Shown here: positions 46,501-60,810 of the stretch, one piece after another | Layout: each line of letters begins with the position of its first letter | Numbering within the stretch: position 1 is the first letter of the stretch | Origin: Nemertoderma westbladi | Lineage: Eukaryota; Animalia; Xenacoelomorpha | DNA: 64,000 nucleotides | Assembly: GCA_032718475.1 (NCBI GenBank) | Contig: JAUCBJ010007673.1 | Location: 5,156-69,155 of the forward strand | Direction of reading: 5' to 3' | Notes under the pieces: model-generated | What the model was told of the DNA's origin: nothing | The model's input: the letters and a program-made list of their open reading frames with translations, nothing else | Database searches by the model: none | Translations under genes and position numbers: made by a program

Positions 46501-47786
46501 CTCATCTAGGAACTCTTGTAAAGAGTAGGTTCGTCCACGTTTGATGTCCTCCTCGAGATTTTGTATTTCTCTATCGAACTGGGGTAAAGCTAATTCCTTC
46601 ACCGCTTGTACTTGTTGCTGCAATTTACGTTTCTCCAAACAATCGTAAGTTCCCTTTCCGATTTTCTGCCGAATAGCGTCTAACGCGTTTCGTACGACGC
46701 TCTCTTCGACTTCCGTAACGGGTTGTATTGGGGTGAAGCCGGGACGGTTGTACGGGTTAAACGGCGATATTATATGACCGCGTCCTAATCCGGCTAGGTA
46801 GGGTTGGCGAATATCTAGCGAGCCTACTACCGGAGTGCCACCGATCAACTGTTCGGGTAACACTAGATCTTTGAACAGTGAGTACAGTTCGGGAGGATCA
46901 GTGATACTATTAGGATCAAGAGTCTGAGGTCTAACTGAGGAATGAGGAGGTCTGACCGAGTATTCCGGAACTCTGATCATTGGTTTATTCAAGGATCGTT
47001 TGAGTCGAGCGACCGTAGGTGATACGTCGAACAGGTTTCGCTCGAAACTCCCATAAGTATATCATGTAAAACTGTGTTTAGCGCAACGTCTCCGCGGATG
47101 TTTATGTCTTTCCGTTTGCTGATTGGGTCTAGGGCATTCGTCGCAGTAATACCAAAGACGCACGTCCTGCAGGGGAAACGCGGGTGATTGTTCTCCAGTT
47201 TTACAATATTCCTCCATCTGTTCGAAGCTATCTGGGATGACAGGTAGCGGTCGATCGGCGGTAAGATACATCATAGTGAAATAGAGTCGTTTGAGTTCTA
47301 TCATAGGATCATGATGTATACCTTGAGGATATCGAGTTTCGAGATTTTTTTGGCTAGCAATTCCAGATAATCGTTGAAGTCGCTGCGTTTATCCGGTTCT
47401 TCAACGTCTTCCCTTGCGAGTCTGTTTCGAATAGAGTTCTCGTGTTTTATTCTCGGTTTATCATTCCGACTCCGCTGGGTATGATATTTAAATAAAACCA
47501 TTTCCCTTTCGGTGTCTACGTCGTCCGTATCGTGTAAATCGATAGGATGGCCAGTAGTTAAGAAGTCCATATACGTACCATTACGATGCGTATAGCGAGC
47601 GGTGAACTTTCTATAATCCAATTCATGCGTAAGTTGCTCCGGGGACATTGGCGGTTCAATATAACGACCATCATCCTCCGTAGTAGTGGAACCAGCGTCG
47701 CCGGGTATCAAGCTATCGACAAACGCTTGCAAAGGTAGAGTATATCTCTCCCTGATACCAAGATCATCTTCTATCAACTCAGTCAT
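43562..47786 (-). pseudogene. E3 ORF3: DEDDy 3'-5' exonuclease with CCHC knuckles, broken into four frames
   Basis: Fragments 47301-47786, 47062-47304, 44005-46992 and 43562-44074. Motifs VVTYDNEG, IHIRGLAGSTHVF, LPQPVLEMLFNERILKIGSAVYGDL, PFIDTQL, CAYCRLNNSHIFAVC and CHHCQLKGHASYNC. Confidence 0.85.
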
Positions 47787-49506
47787 ATCTGCTATATGAG
47801 TTTATCAATATTATAATGAGTTTATATATTAGGCTAGCGGGCGTCACTGCCTACCCCTCTTTTGCCCCCAGACAGTGCAAGATCCTCAGCGCTGATGTAC
47901 CGTCGTCGCTGTGCTTTCGCCAACGATGTAGCTACACAATGACAACGATAACCGGCACAAGTCACTCCACTGTCCGTCCCAAAGGCTTAGATGTACTTCA
48001 GGTTCTTTCTGGAGAGTTAGGGCTACTTTCACAATTGCGACTCGCTACTGTAAACACACTTTAGCAGTAACATTCACCTATAAACGCACAAATTCAACAC
48101 AACTGTCACAAACTGTACACATTCGGGCCATTTGTCCGTTAGTCAGTGCCTTCCAGAATGTCACTTTATTTATTATGTATCCTTGGATACTAGCAGTGCG
48201 CTATTTATTCCCTATGCTATTCAATGGGGCAAGCTTTCTATTGTTCTTTTAACTCACTTCTAATTCTAGCGTGGTTGTTGCCATGGTGACATTATGGAAA
48301 GCTAGCGGTAGAATTAGGGTAATTCTCATGCATACAGATCTGGGATGCTATTTAATAGTAATTCTTTAATGGTCAATATCCTCTCTATACATGATTTTAT
48401 GAATTTTATCGGCTATTGACTATATATTGGAGATTCTCGTACACTAATATACTTAATAGAGTGAATCTCCGCTCCCATGATCTATTAATTTATGGAATTT
48501 TGGGAATGTTATAAATTGTATAAAATGACAATTTATCAAATTCATTAAAATATGAATTCAAATTTATTCCCGTAAATTTTATTATTTAATATTAAATAGA
48601 CACAATTTATTCCAGAACATGTCTGGGGACTGGGATCCTTGATTCTAGGAAATTTGTCTTTTTAAGAGTATCAGTAAGTGCTACGATATCTTAATAGACT
48701 AGAATTTTAAAGGATCTAAAATTTGACAGATTTTGTAAATATTAATAATTAATATTTAGGATGGGCACCAGTTTATTCCAGAACTTGTCTGGGGATGTTA
48801 ACCACTGATTCTAGAATTTTGTCTTTCAAGTATATCGGTGGGTGCCGTGATATCTTAATCGACTAGAATTGCAGATGGTCAAAGGGTTTAACAGATTTAT
48901 TTTGCGTTATACGCTACTGTTAAAGGGACATCACGCTACTATATGTATTATTTAATATACGGTATGAGAGCAATATCGCACGAAGCAATGTCAGTGAGAA
49001 GAGGCAAGTCGTTTCCAAGGTCTACCCAGAGCTTGGTTTAGCCGAGACACGAGGATCTGAATTTTGCATTCCTAATACTCTACTTTACCAATAATACTTG
49101 AATATAGTAGGAGCTTTATTGTACTTTAATAAGTACGGACATTTCATCTTACTGTAGTTACGTATTTGTAATGTAATACGGGCAGTAAGGAAAGAGAAAA
49201 AGAATTATTTCTCGCCGTCGCACTAAATATATAATATACGTAATATAACGTATATAACGTATAACGTATATATATACGTAATATACGTACGGACAGTAAG
49301 GAAGGAGAAAAATAATTATTTCTCACCATCGCACTAAATATATAATATATAAGTAATTAAGCAATAAACGCAAATATATATTGCACTAATCTACTAAATA
49401 ATCGCTAAAATAACATTCTACTAAATAAAATTAAAGAAAACGATTATAATAAAATTACATAATAATACATACATAAATATAAAATAATAAGAATAAAATA
49501 ATATGG

Positions 49507-52500
49507 TCACACACCCACTCCAGCTGGGGAGTCCCTAGATGTTTGTTGGATTAGGGAGGTGGTCGTGGGAAGAGTATCTTGTCTTCCATAGTTTCCGGAG
49601 AGTTCTCTGTCTCTTTCCAGTAAACATAAGCGACCAACTGGGCGATTGAGCTGCTGTGTCTCGAAGACAATTCCCGGTTTCTTGAAGTTACGTCGCATGA
49701 CGACGAGTTCTACCGATCGCACCAAACCGTCATCCGAGATGTGAGTCTCAATGATACGACCTGTCTGACCACTTAGTTCGAAGTTGTAGCGTGGGCAGAT
49801 AATGTTTTTCGAAATGGTCAGCGAAACGACGGGATAACAACTGCATGAGTTGCCAAGTTTGCCGGCAGTATTCGTCTCTGTCTGTGATTTCCGATTGTGG
49901 GAGCATGGCTACAGGTTTCTTCAGTAGGAAGTGCGCGGGTGTTAGCGCTTCCAGGGAATCGGGACTCGATGAGACTGGCATAAGCGGTCTCTCGTTGAGA
50001 TAGGCGGCGATTTCCTCCATTAATGTCCGCAAAAGTTCGTCGGTGAGATACGTGCGGCACGGCACTATAAAGTGAAATGCGGTCTTCACACTTCTTATTA
50101 ATCTCTCCCAACTTCCTCCCCACCAAGGGGCGTCGGCGGCGTTGAAGGTCCAGCTAGACGCTGTTACTCGTAGGTGATCGTCCATCTGTCTTTGGTTCCA
50201 ATCTTTGACGTAAGCTTTGATTTCATTGTTGGCACCAATGAAGTTTGTTCCCTTATCAGATCTCATCGTGTTACTAGTTCCAAAGCGAGCGATCTGTCGT
50301 CGTAAGCTTAATAGGAAGCTGTTGGTAGATAAATCGTTCACCATATCGAGATGGATAGCTCTACAAGTCATACAAACAAAGATGACACACCATCTCTTGA
50401 CTATAGTCCTAGCACGATATACTTCAATAGGGCCAAATAAATCTACACCGGTATTAGTAAAGGATGGTTCATAGAAGCTTACTCGTTCCCTAGGTAATTC
50501 TGCCTCTCGCTGTGTTAAAGGCCTACTGAATGCTTTCCTACAGGGTATGCAGTTCCTAAGAACTTGGTTCAGAGCTCTACGGGGTTTATAAAAATAATAG
50601 CGAGTTCGAATTTCGCTAAGAACTCGTTCTCTACCAGCATGATAAAGTTTGCTGTGAACATCTACAATCATCTTGACTTGTATCTCAAGATTTCTAATGA
50701 GTATGGGAAACTTAGTGTCAAAGGATAATGGAGCATTCGTTAATCTTCCTCCAACACGTATCAACCCATCTATCATTGTACTAGAGAAACGATCCCTTAA
50801 ACGCATCTGTGGATTTCTCAACAACAGAAAATACTTATCGGAATCCTCATAGCATTGCAGGAGTCTCAGCATCTGCTTGTTGGTTTCTTCATGCTCCTGA
50901 TAACTGATCTTCTCCTTCAGAAACCTGTCGGATATCTTATATTTGGGAAGATCTTTAACAACATGGACCTGCACCGATGTTAGTGGAGCGGTATCACTTT
51001 TGGTCTTCATCCCGGAGTAGTGATGGTGAAAACATCTTTTTAAATATGTAACGGCCTTACAGAGCCGATTCCAGGAACTGTAGTGATGTATCGCTCTCTG
51101 CAGGAGAGGTGAGAGTCCTTGCGAGACGTCTGGTATTCCAGATTTCCAATCCTTCTCACGGATTTCCACAACAAACTTATTTGTGGCTGTGGGTTTCTGA
51201 TCCAAAGCGTCGTCTCCGGAAGTATGTAGTACAGACAGATCTACCATAGGTTTGAATAACTTCGATTTACTCGCCCGAGTTTTAGGTTTGACTTTCTCCG
51301 CTCCCTTGGCCTGTCTAATCTCTGCTGTAGTAAGATGAGGAGGCCATTCTTCTTCTTCTTTGTAGAGGAAGTCGGGTCCACCTAACCAGTCTGGAGTATC
51401 TACCAGTTCTTGTGGAGTAGCTCCCCTGGAGGCGATGTCTGCTGGATTGATCGTTCCGGGGCAATGTCTCCATTGATCCATCGTCGTGCGACTGAGTATA
51501 ATAGCTACTCTGTTGGTAACGAAGACGCTGAACTGACAGACTTCATTGGTTATATACTCCTACACGAGCAAAGCGTCGGTCCAATAGACAGTTTTCTCCA
51601 GTGGATAGTCGATCTGTTCTGTTACATTCCGGCCGATGGCTGTAGCGTATAGAGCCGCTTTTAACTCCGCTCGAGGAACTTTCAACTTGTTGTTATTGAT
51701 TCCGTCCGGAGTTTCCACCCTTAGGTAGGCTACTATACCTATTCCCATATCGCTGGCGTCTCCAAATACATGGAGTTGATAGGAATACGTAGGGAGAACA
51801 TGACCAAAATATGAACAGGAAATTATAAAGTTCTTGATGGCTGGTAGAGAATCTTCCCATTTCATCCACTTCTTTAATAATTCTCCCTTAAGTGGATCGT
51901 CCCATGAGTGGTTTTCAAGCCACATTTGTTGTACTAAACTCCAAGCAATCAATATAACTGGGCTAATAAATCCCAATGGATCGAAATAAGTGCTCAGGAT
52001 ACTTAAACAAATCCGTTTTGTCCGAACTGGATTATCTCGCTGTTTTAGCTGGAAAAACAGGATATCTCTCTCTGTGTCCCATTTCAAACCAAGTGTCTTG
52101 GTTTCTGGAAGATCATCTTTGATTAGATCTAGGTCTTTCGCTCCTCGATCTTCTACCGGGATTGACTCCAGAAACTCACGGGAGTTGCTGCTGAATTTAG
52201 TTAATCGAAATCCACCTCTTTTTAAGCACTCTACCGTTCCTTTAGCGACATCAATGGCTTCTTCGACTGATGGAAGGGACTTTAGATTGTCGTCCATGTA
52301 TATATCCCGTTTGATGTTGTCTATCACCTCTTTAGAGAAGGCTTCCCGGTTGTCATCTGCAGTGGTGCGCACCACTGAACAGGCGTTTGAAGGGCTTGAG
52401 ATTATCCCAAAAGCCTGGATGGTCATCCAGTACTCCACTGGTTTCTGGTTGAGGTCTCCTTCAGGCCACCGCAGAAATCGTAGGCTATCTCGATCCCTAT

Positions 52501-55500
52501 CCAGCGCCTTGACTTGTAAGAACATGCCTTCTATATCTGAGGCGAAAGCGATTGAATATTGTCTTAATCTTAAGAGTATTCCCAACAAGGATTGGAGTAA
52601 GTTGGGTCCGGGTAACAATTCGGAATTAAGGGATTGGCCCATATAGAGGGCAGAGCCGTCAAACACCACTCGTACCTCATGGGGTTTACCGGGTTTGGGA
52701 ACGTAATGGTTAGTTAAATAATACGTTCTCTCAGTTATAGGTGTTTCTTCCGGTACTCGCTCCGCATATCCCTTGCTAATAAATTTCTTCAACTGCGTTT
52801 GATACATTTCTTTAGCTGAAGAATTTGCCGTAAGGCGTCGATGTAGTTGAGCAATTCTTTTCTCCGCCAAGGGTCTGTTGTTTATGAACTTTGGTTCTCG
52901 CTTTCGGAAAGGTAGACCGATCTCATATCTACCTTGATCTTTAAGAAAACGTGTAGTTGTCTCTTGGATCTGCTTGGCTCTTTCTTCCTCTACCGATAGG
53001 GCATTATCGTAGGAATTGGGCTCTACAGCCTCTTGAGTAAAGAATCGTACGGCGTGTTCATCCCGAGTCTTGGCATTATAACGTTCAATGACGTCATTAA
53101 GTTCGTCATTATAGTCATCTCGTTCTGATGGACGGAGTAGCTGACATAAGTTCACTTGGTTTTGCCAAGTCTCGTTTTCCTTAAGGAGATCAATGGTATT
53201 CTCCTCATCGAAGAGTTGGTGGACATCGTCATTATCTGAGGAGTATGGTGTTCCCTCAGTTGGATCGTCTAACTCACTGCTCTCAACTTCCCATTCTCTT
53301 ACCTGATATACCTGATCTTTCGGTAATCTTTCCATGAGAGTTCTACGGGAAGGGCCAGTAAAGTACCAACCCACTCTAGTTTTTCCCGCATAAGCTTGTA
53401 GTGGTTGCGGTTGAGCAGGCCGTTTCTCCAATGTCTCGAGCGCTTCATGCGCGTTTTGACAGATAAGTATTTGCACTCCAGGGTAATCGGTGTTGAATCT
53501 AGGTATTTCGAGCTGCTGGGTGAAATCGTCCTCATCCTAGTTATAAGGTTCCACTTGGCTGGTAGCGAAGTTCTTTATCGCCACCATTTTTACTGACCTT
53601 ATACTATGTTCTCCTAGTTCATCCTGGGGGGTGGACAACGCACCTACATAATAATCTGCGATTACTGTAGATTTCCAAACCTGCATAATTCCTGACATAT
53701 TTAGTTTAGTTCGGAACTTGGGTTGTCCAGCAAAGATGTCTTCGGCTAGTTCTTTGTCGATGAATGTTCCTGTGCTACCGGAGTCAAGGAGGGCGTTCAC
53801 TATATAACTCCTTTTAGGTCCGTGGACCCTTAACTGTACTACAGGAAATTCTCGGATTCCTACATTGGAAGTTGGCGCTTTCCAAGATGGTTGTCGATCA
53901 GAAGTAGTTAGGGTGAGGTCGCTGTCTGTGTCTTTTTCATACGTAAGTGCTCGATACACTGCGGTATTTATCATGTAACAGGATTCATCTTCGTCGGAGA
54001 ATTCATCCGTATAGAATCCTTCCATCTCAGAACTTTGGTCAGTGTCGTTCACATCACTGAATTGGACATGTAGTTCGGAACTCCAATAACCATAGAACTC
54101 TGATATTCATGAGACTTACCTAACCAATCTAATTGTCTACAGATCTCTTGAATCTCATCGGAACTCTATTATCCCGCTGCTAATGAACTTTCGGGGCGCT
54201 ACTAATTTTGCATACAAATATTTAGCTATGTTATTCCTATTACCATACCTGATGTTTAGTGTATCCCAAACTTGTCTTAATCCATCTGGATGTCCAATAA
54301 ACTTTAACGCCATTAACTTGGGAGATCCTTCCAAGCACTCGATGAGGAATCTAAGTTTCTCTCCATTAGATAGTACAGAGTTCTGTATGTTATCTTTGTA
54401 ATATTCATTAAAAGGTAACCATTTCATCTCATCTCCATTGAACTTGACTATCTCTCCCACCTTTACCGCTTGACGGGCTTCGGTTCTAGCCATTTGACGC
54501 GTAAAACTTTCTTGGGCCATCGTGTTATTTAATATCGAGTTATCGGTATATAAATTTCTCGGATTATGATCAAGTCTATAGGGAATATCATTGTCAACAG
54601 GTTTATAATTACCCTTAATAGGGTTCACTATAGGAGTTTCTACTTCGCTAGCAGTATAGATGCGTGTAGGCTCCACACCTTGCGCATGAGATACTTCAGA
54701 CCTAACAGGTTGACACATTGTTACCGGGGGTGGTGGTATACCCTTTTGTGTATTTACTAATTTATCACGTTCTAATGCGATACTTTGCTGCACTTCTTGC
54801 AACTCTAACCTACTTTCCCTTACTGTGCCCTTGAACTGCTTAACAGTCTCCTGCATCTGCCCGAGCAGGAGATCCATCCCCCGCCGTCTCTCATCCACCC
54901 ACTCGACCGCCGAAGCGGGAGCCGCCAACGTTGTAGCGGGCAGACGAGGGACAACGGGCGACAAATCATTAATATTTCGCTCGGAGTCCAGAACATGAAC
55001 TGTCTCCTGGGCTGTTCTGCTGGGCACAGGTAGCTTAGTGCTATGCAAAGGGAATCTAGAGGTAGGTTCTGGGAGTACAGGTGTCTCTATCACCGAAGGG
55101 GTGGATTCGAGAACAGGCCCAATTATTTCAGGCTCATCTACTATAGTAGGGAGTCTGTCTATTTTAATAATTTGGTCTGTGGGTTCTGTACTACCTAAGT
55201 CTGTGCTAACTAGTTGTTTTAGAACAGCTGGGGGCAAATCAGGAATTTCTGATGGTGGGACATTCTTCTACGTCTGCTGAGACGAGATCGATTTCCTCCA
55301 CCTTCAGGATCTGTTGTATCGCCCTCATCTGATGATGTAAAACCCTGTCTCTTGGGAGTAGATCGACTCATCATCTGCATTTGACTAGCTGTTAACTGTT
55401 TATTTATGCAGTCCCAACTCTCCTGAATATCCTCCAACTCCAGGTGGGTGGTCTCTTCAGCTGCTCTTCGTTCTGCTTCTGCCAATGCTCGCTTTCTTTC

Positions 55501-56965
55501 TGCTTCTACTGCTGCCACTGCCGCTTTTCTATCTGATTCTGCCCGCTGCAGCTTTTGCCTCTGCCGCACTTCTTTCCGCTTCTACTGCTGCCACTGCCGC
55601 TTTTCTATCTGATTCTGCTGCTGCAGTTTTTGCCTCTGCCGCTCTTCTTTCCGCTTCTACTGATGCCACTGCCGCTTTTCTATCTGATTCTGCCGCTGCA
55701 GCTTTTGCCGCTGCCGCTCTTCTTTCCACTTCTGCCGCTTTTCTTTCTGCTTCTGCCTCTGCTGCTGCCGCTGCTGCTATCTTTCTGTCTTCTATACGTT
55801 TTTTCTTTACTTGTTCTTCTTGGACTCTAGTGATGCGGAGGCGTTCATCAAATTTAGCTTGGTTCGCAGCTCTCATATCCACATCGATTGCATCCAACAC
55901 AAGCTTGGCTCCTTCACTATTAGGGCTAAGCCCCTCCAGCCTTCTCCTCAACTCTTCATCTCCTACAAAACGTTGATAGTCCGACAGATAGATGTCAATA
56001 GCATCCCTCTGATGCGGTTTCTCCACCGTCGCTTCACTTGAGAAACTTTCCACTTGAGAAAATGTAGCGTCTGTGGATTCTCCATGGGTTGAGCGCTCAG
56101 CTACCTGAGATTTCCACGGGGCAGTTCTTTGAACTTGGAGACTCACCCGCTGTAACCAAGTTTTTACGGCAACTTGCAACGACGTGTCCTGTTTTCTTTT
56201 CGAAGCCTCCTCAAAGGCCGATAGGATTAGTCTGATTCTTAGAATTCTTTCTCGAACTTGATAAAGCAGCTCTCCCTGCTCTTGAGGTCCTTGTGATTGT
56301 CTAAACAATTGTTCTTCTAATCGCTCCATGGAGCTGAAGAATCTCTGTACGTATCCGGCTGCGGACCTCTTCCACACAGCTGGTTCGATGGTTTCCTTGG
56401 TTACTCCCATCCTGTGTATGTCTTCCCAGGCAGCTTCCGATAAATCAAACGGGAGTCCGGGTCCGGGGAAGTTCCATTGCGACTCGACCATAGGCTTCAG
56501 TTCTTCCCTTGTGTATCCCGCATAACTATCCTTAGTCGATCGCTTATTTCTCGCCCAATCAATCTGGTGTTCCTCCACCGCAATCAATAACCTAGTGAGT
56601 ACGGCTGCAGGAAGGATGAGAAGGGGATCCGAATAAACCGCATCTGTCATCTTTGCTCCGTGCTCGGGTGTCAGCTCTACAGTATCCGCACTGCTGGAGC
56701 TGTCGGGCTGCTGAGAAATAAGTTCTCGGCTCGCGGGTAGTTGCTGTTCTGCTGCTTCTTGGTCCCGCTTGACCTGAGCTCGAGTGCCTATGATAGACCT
56801 ACGATGTTGGACTAGCCTAGGGTCTGATATTACTACTAGAGGGATGATCTTTCTTACAGTAGGAGGTGAGTTGAACTTCGGTCCCACACGTTCCACACTC
56901 CTGTCTGGGTCACATATGGTTGTATCTAGGAGACTGTCTGACAGGTTTTGCTTTGTGTCAGACAT
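49507..56965 (-). pseudogene. pol: E3 gag-pol, fragmented
   Basis: Gag fragments 55529-56965, 55219-55569 and 54155-55237; protease ALLDSGSTG (53537-54052); RT DIYMDDNL and RNase H LHVFGDAS (51560-53476); integrase GVDLFGP, RSDKGTNF, WERLIRS (49748-51481). About 700 bp containing the Gag knuckles is deleted at 54080. Confidence 0.92.
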
Positions 56966-59252
56966 GTTGGTTTGTACAGTTGCATGCCTACTGCTATATT
57001 ACAGTTTAAGCAAGTCTAGTAATTCAGTATCACTGTTAGCCTAGTAATTAATTACCGATACTGCTACTCGGTGTAGCGTGATATATATATAATATATTAG
57101 AATACCGGTATGCTTATAGTATATATAAGTATTATTACAGACTAAGTTTGTCACAGAATACCGGTAGGTAATTTCAGCACGAATATATATAAATATATAA
57201 TAGGCCTATCGTGAATACCGGTATACAGCTTACACTTATAGTATATATAAGTATAATTATGAACTAGAATTAATTACAGAATACCGGTATAATTTCAGCC
57301 TAAATTTATAGATATATAATAGGCCTATCGTGAATACCGGTATACAGCTTACACTTATAGTATATATATAAGTATAATTACAGACTAGAATTGATTACAG
57401 AATACCGGTATGATTTCAGCCTAAATTTATAGAAATAAATATAATAAGCCTATGGTGAATACCGGTATGTCAATTATTTTATAATAATTGACTTTCTGAA
57501 TTTTAGGGTTACTTGGTTACTTTAACTTACTTTATTACCGTTATTTAAGCAGTAGTCCAACTGATATTTAGACCTAATTGTTGTATGGCAGGCCTACTAT
57601 TTATAAATCGTTTGAGTTGATTTATAATATATATACCCGTTAAAATGGGTCTTTGTCAATATTTGAAATAAATGTTATTATTTCCGGGGGGAGTCACTAC
57701 ACAGCGGTGCGCTCTCAGTGAAGTGCTACTTGTTGGACACTAAAACAAATAATTCTAATTTACCTAAGTTACTTAATACTACAAATTACGTACAATTCGG
57801 GGTGAGATTACAATCTCTAAATAAACACAAAAATTTACAAGTACGAATTTTTAGGGTAATTTTACAAGAAGTCTACTAACCAGCCTAACAAAGGGTTAGA
57901 ATATCTGGTTATTACAACGGACAGGGTACTATGGTATTTTGAAAATAATAAGTAGTAGTAAATATACTGCATTGTCCAGATAGGAAAATACCACCGTCTG
58001 ACGACTTATAGCCGTATCGCTATAAGTACTACGTTATGTATCACGGAGTGTTCCTACCTAGAAGTTAATTACCGCGGTCTACCAGAACCAACGTGCCTAT
58101 TAACCACTTTACAACACAAATATACTGCCTACACACTAATTGCTTTCGGAAAGCACTGTACACTAAACCCTAAATTAGGTACAAGTACTTATACAACAAA
58201 TAATCAGTAGTTAGAAATACTTGTACAGCCAAAAGAACCACGGTATCTGCTGGAGTGACCGGGGCACAAAATCACCAGTCTTTACCTACGCCAAGCAGCC
58301 CTGATGTAGTACCGGGGTTAATTTAACTATAACGGTATATATAACAAGCACAATTACTGTAGGAATAAACTTGGGGATATGAATGTTGCGAATAATCGCA
58401 TAAACTCTGAATAATAAATATTACGCTACGCGTACAGACTACTCAAACAAAATGCAGACCAAATACTGACAGACTACTATCAAGCCTAAACAAACTACGG
58501 TATATGCAGACTCCAAAATGGTTAGTTAGTATGCGTTCTAACCCAGTAGTACGACTTATTCTTTCGAGGGGGTTTACCTCACAGCTCTGGAAGCCCCTAC
58601 ATTCCCAACTGGCACTTTATCGGACATACACTCTACACACACCGAAATCTCTTCAGACCTAACAACAGCCAGACAAAATCCAGCCTACAAATTATCTAAA
58701 TAAGAAATATTACGCTACCCGTACAGACTACACAAACAGAGTACAGACTAAACGCTGGCAGACTACTATCAAGCCTAAATACACTACAGTATATGCAGAC
58801 TCCGAAATGGTTAGTTAGTATGCGTTCTAACCGAGTAGTACAACTTATTCTTTCGAGGGGGTTTACCTCACAGCACTGGAAGCCCCTACTTTCCTAACTA
58901 GTACTTTTTCGGACATACGCTCTACACACACTATAGTCTCTTCAGACTTAACAACAGTCAGACAACAGTCCAGCCTACAAATTATCCATATAATCTGAGC
59001 AGGCTTACACACCTTCTTCTCAATATTGGCCTACAAATAAATAAAACTGACAGAAATAAGTAAGCTCCAAAAGAAACAAGGGGTGTACAGTCCCTAATCT
59101 CTTAAACAGCCTACCGGTATACAATTTCACAATCGAATAATACTGCTGTACCTGTACTGCTGTAGGTACCGGTCCGGGTGGTTAGGTAGTCAGGCCTACT
59201 AGGTACCGGTTGTCCAGTACTTCAGCGTTATTGCCTACTGCAATACAGAAGC

Positions 59253-59264
59253 TATATCTGTTAT
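59253..59264 (-). promoter_or_regulatory. E3 non-tRNA primer-binding site, complementary to its own LTR
   Basis: Element-sense ataacagatata is complementary to element-sense tatatctgttat at 59987-59998 (and 43030-43041). The hairpin tattgc-agtag-gcaata follows (59229-59245). Confidence 0.8.
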
Positions 59265-60440
59265 TGTTCGCGCTTTCAGACCTTTAGCAGTTTAACCTGC
59301 CAAATTGGGATGTCTTCTAGATAATAGATAGTCTTTAGCCTATGACGAGTATTTGATACACTACATTAGCCGAAGCCAGTCTATGCGCAATCATTCACCC
59401 GCTGGATATACCCGGGAGACTGGATTCGGAAGCCTAACCGTATTGCGGTATAGGCCTACTGTATTATTCGACTGATCGTAATATATAATCTCTGACAAAT
59501 ATTATTCACTTTCGGGAAATATTAACAGTTCCTTTAGGACATGGCGCTCTAAATATGTAAACAGAGTTATGACTTAAACTAGACACAACGGGATGGCTAT
59601 AGATTCACGTATATGGCGCATTCTTTAGGAGATGCTTTGTTATCAGTCACAATCATACACAATACTGCACAATGCTGCACACTGATCTGCCGACCTTCAC
59701 TAATTTTAGTCACATATAAAGAGAACAACAGACAATACATGTAGTGCCTATGAAATAGCATTAGATTCACTTCAAAACCACTTTAATGTAAGTCGCAATC
59801 GTTATATGTAACCGGTCTCTCTAACCTTCAGTATATCAAGAAGATCGAGGGTTTGTAATTATTTATCGGTATTCCCAATATAATAATATTCCATCAACAG
59901 ATATAATGAATAACCGACAGTAAATAGCAGTACAAATGTTAAGGTATGAATTGATATGATATGTGAGTTATGATTGTAAACATGCGATAACAGATATACG
60001 TTCTATAATTAAGCCTACTAATGTTGGGCTAGAGACTGAAAACACAGAGATTCCAAAAGCCGGTCTTCTGGGCTCAGGACAAAATGTAAACATTGACCCA
60101 TAATGCATTGCGCGATTTCTCGGAGGTTTCTGTACAAAAAGCAGGAGAATCGCTCTGATTGGTTGACCGAACAAAGAAACATCAGAGAACAAGGAAAAAG
60201 CTATACGTGTACAGCTCAGCTGTTAGCTGTCGTCATAGTAACTACACTGTTTCAAGAGGATCTAGCGCATTGCGTCACAGAATTGCTAATTATGTCCGCT
60301 AAAGTACACATACAGAAGAAATAGCTTTTATGTCCCCTAAAACACCAGTACAGTAAGGATACGGCCTTTTATGCCTGTTAAACCAACTACAGAGTACTTT
60401 ACGGGGAAAATAACCGGTTAATTCCGCAAAAGCTTTTACA
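59265..60440 (-). repeat. E3 5' LTR
   Basis: Element sense tgtaaaagcttttgcgg...gcgcgaaca. Confidence 0.95.
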
Positions 60441-60810
60441 ACTATCGAGTAACGCTTAATAGAATGTATAGGTTGAGTATATCTCTCATTAATATCAAGA
60501 TCCTCTTCTATCAAGTCCATTATCATATATCCATGAGAGTTTATCAATAATAGAGTTATAATAAGAAGGCCAGCGGACGTCACTGCCTTGTTACATGCTA
60601 ACTTGTATGCATTGCTTACAGGCGGGATTGTTCAGCACTATCGCTATCGACAAAGTGATAACCCATTGTTATAGTAACTGAGTAAACTAAGGAAACTTGT
60701 ACAACAAGTGGTCCTTAGGTTACTTAATAGGGAAATATTAACTTTATTAAGTAATTAAATAGGACTAAGGATGATCCAACTCATAGCACATGGAGTGGAA
60801 AAAATGAATT

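Larger units (their letters stand above)
42308..60440 (-). mobile_element. BEL/Pao LTR retrotransposon E3, frameshifted, related to E1
   Basis: 1176-bp LTRs with TG...CA ends (about 5 differences by eye), TSD actat (42303-42307 and 60441-60445), gag-pol and ORF3 in fragments. Confidence 0.95.
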
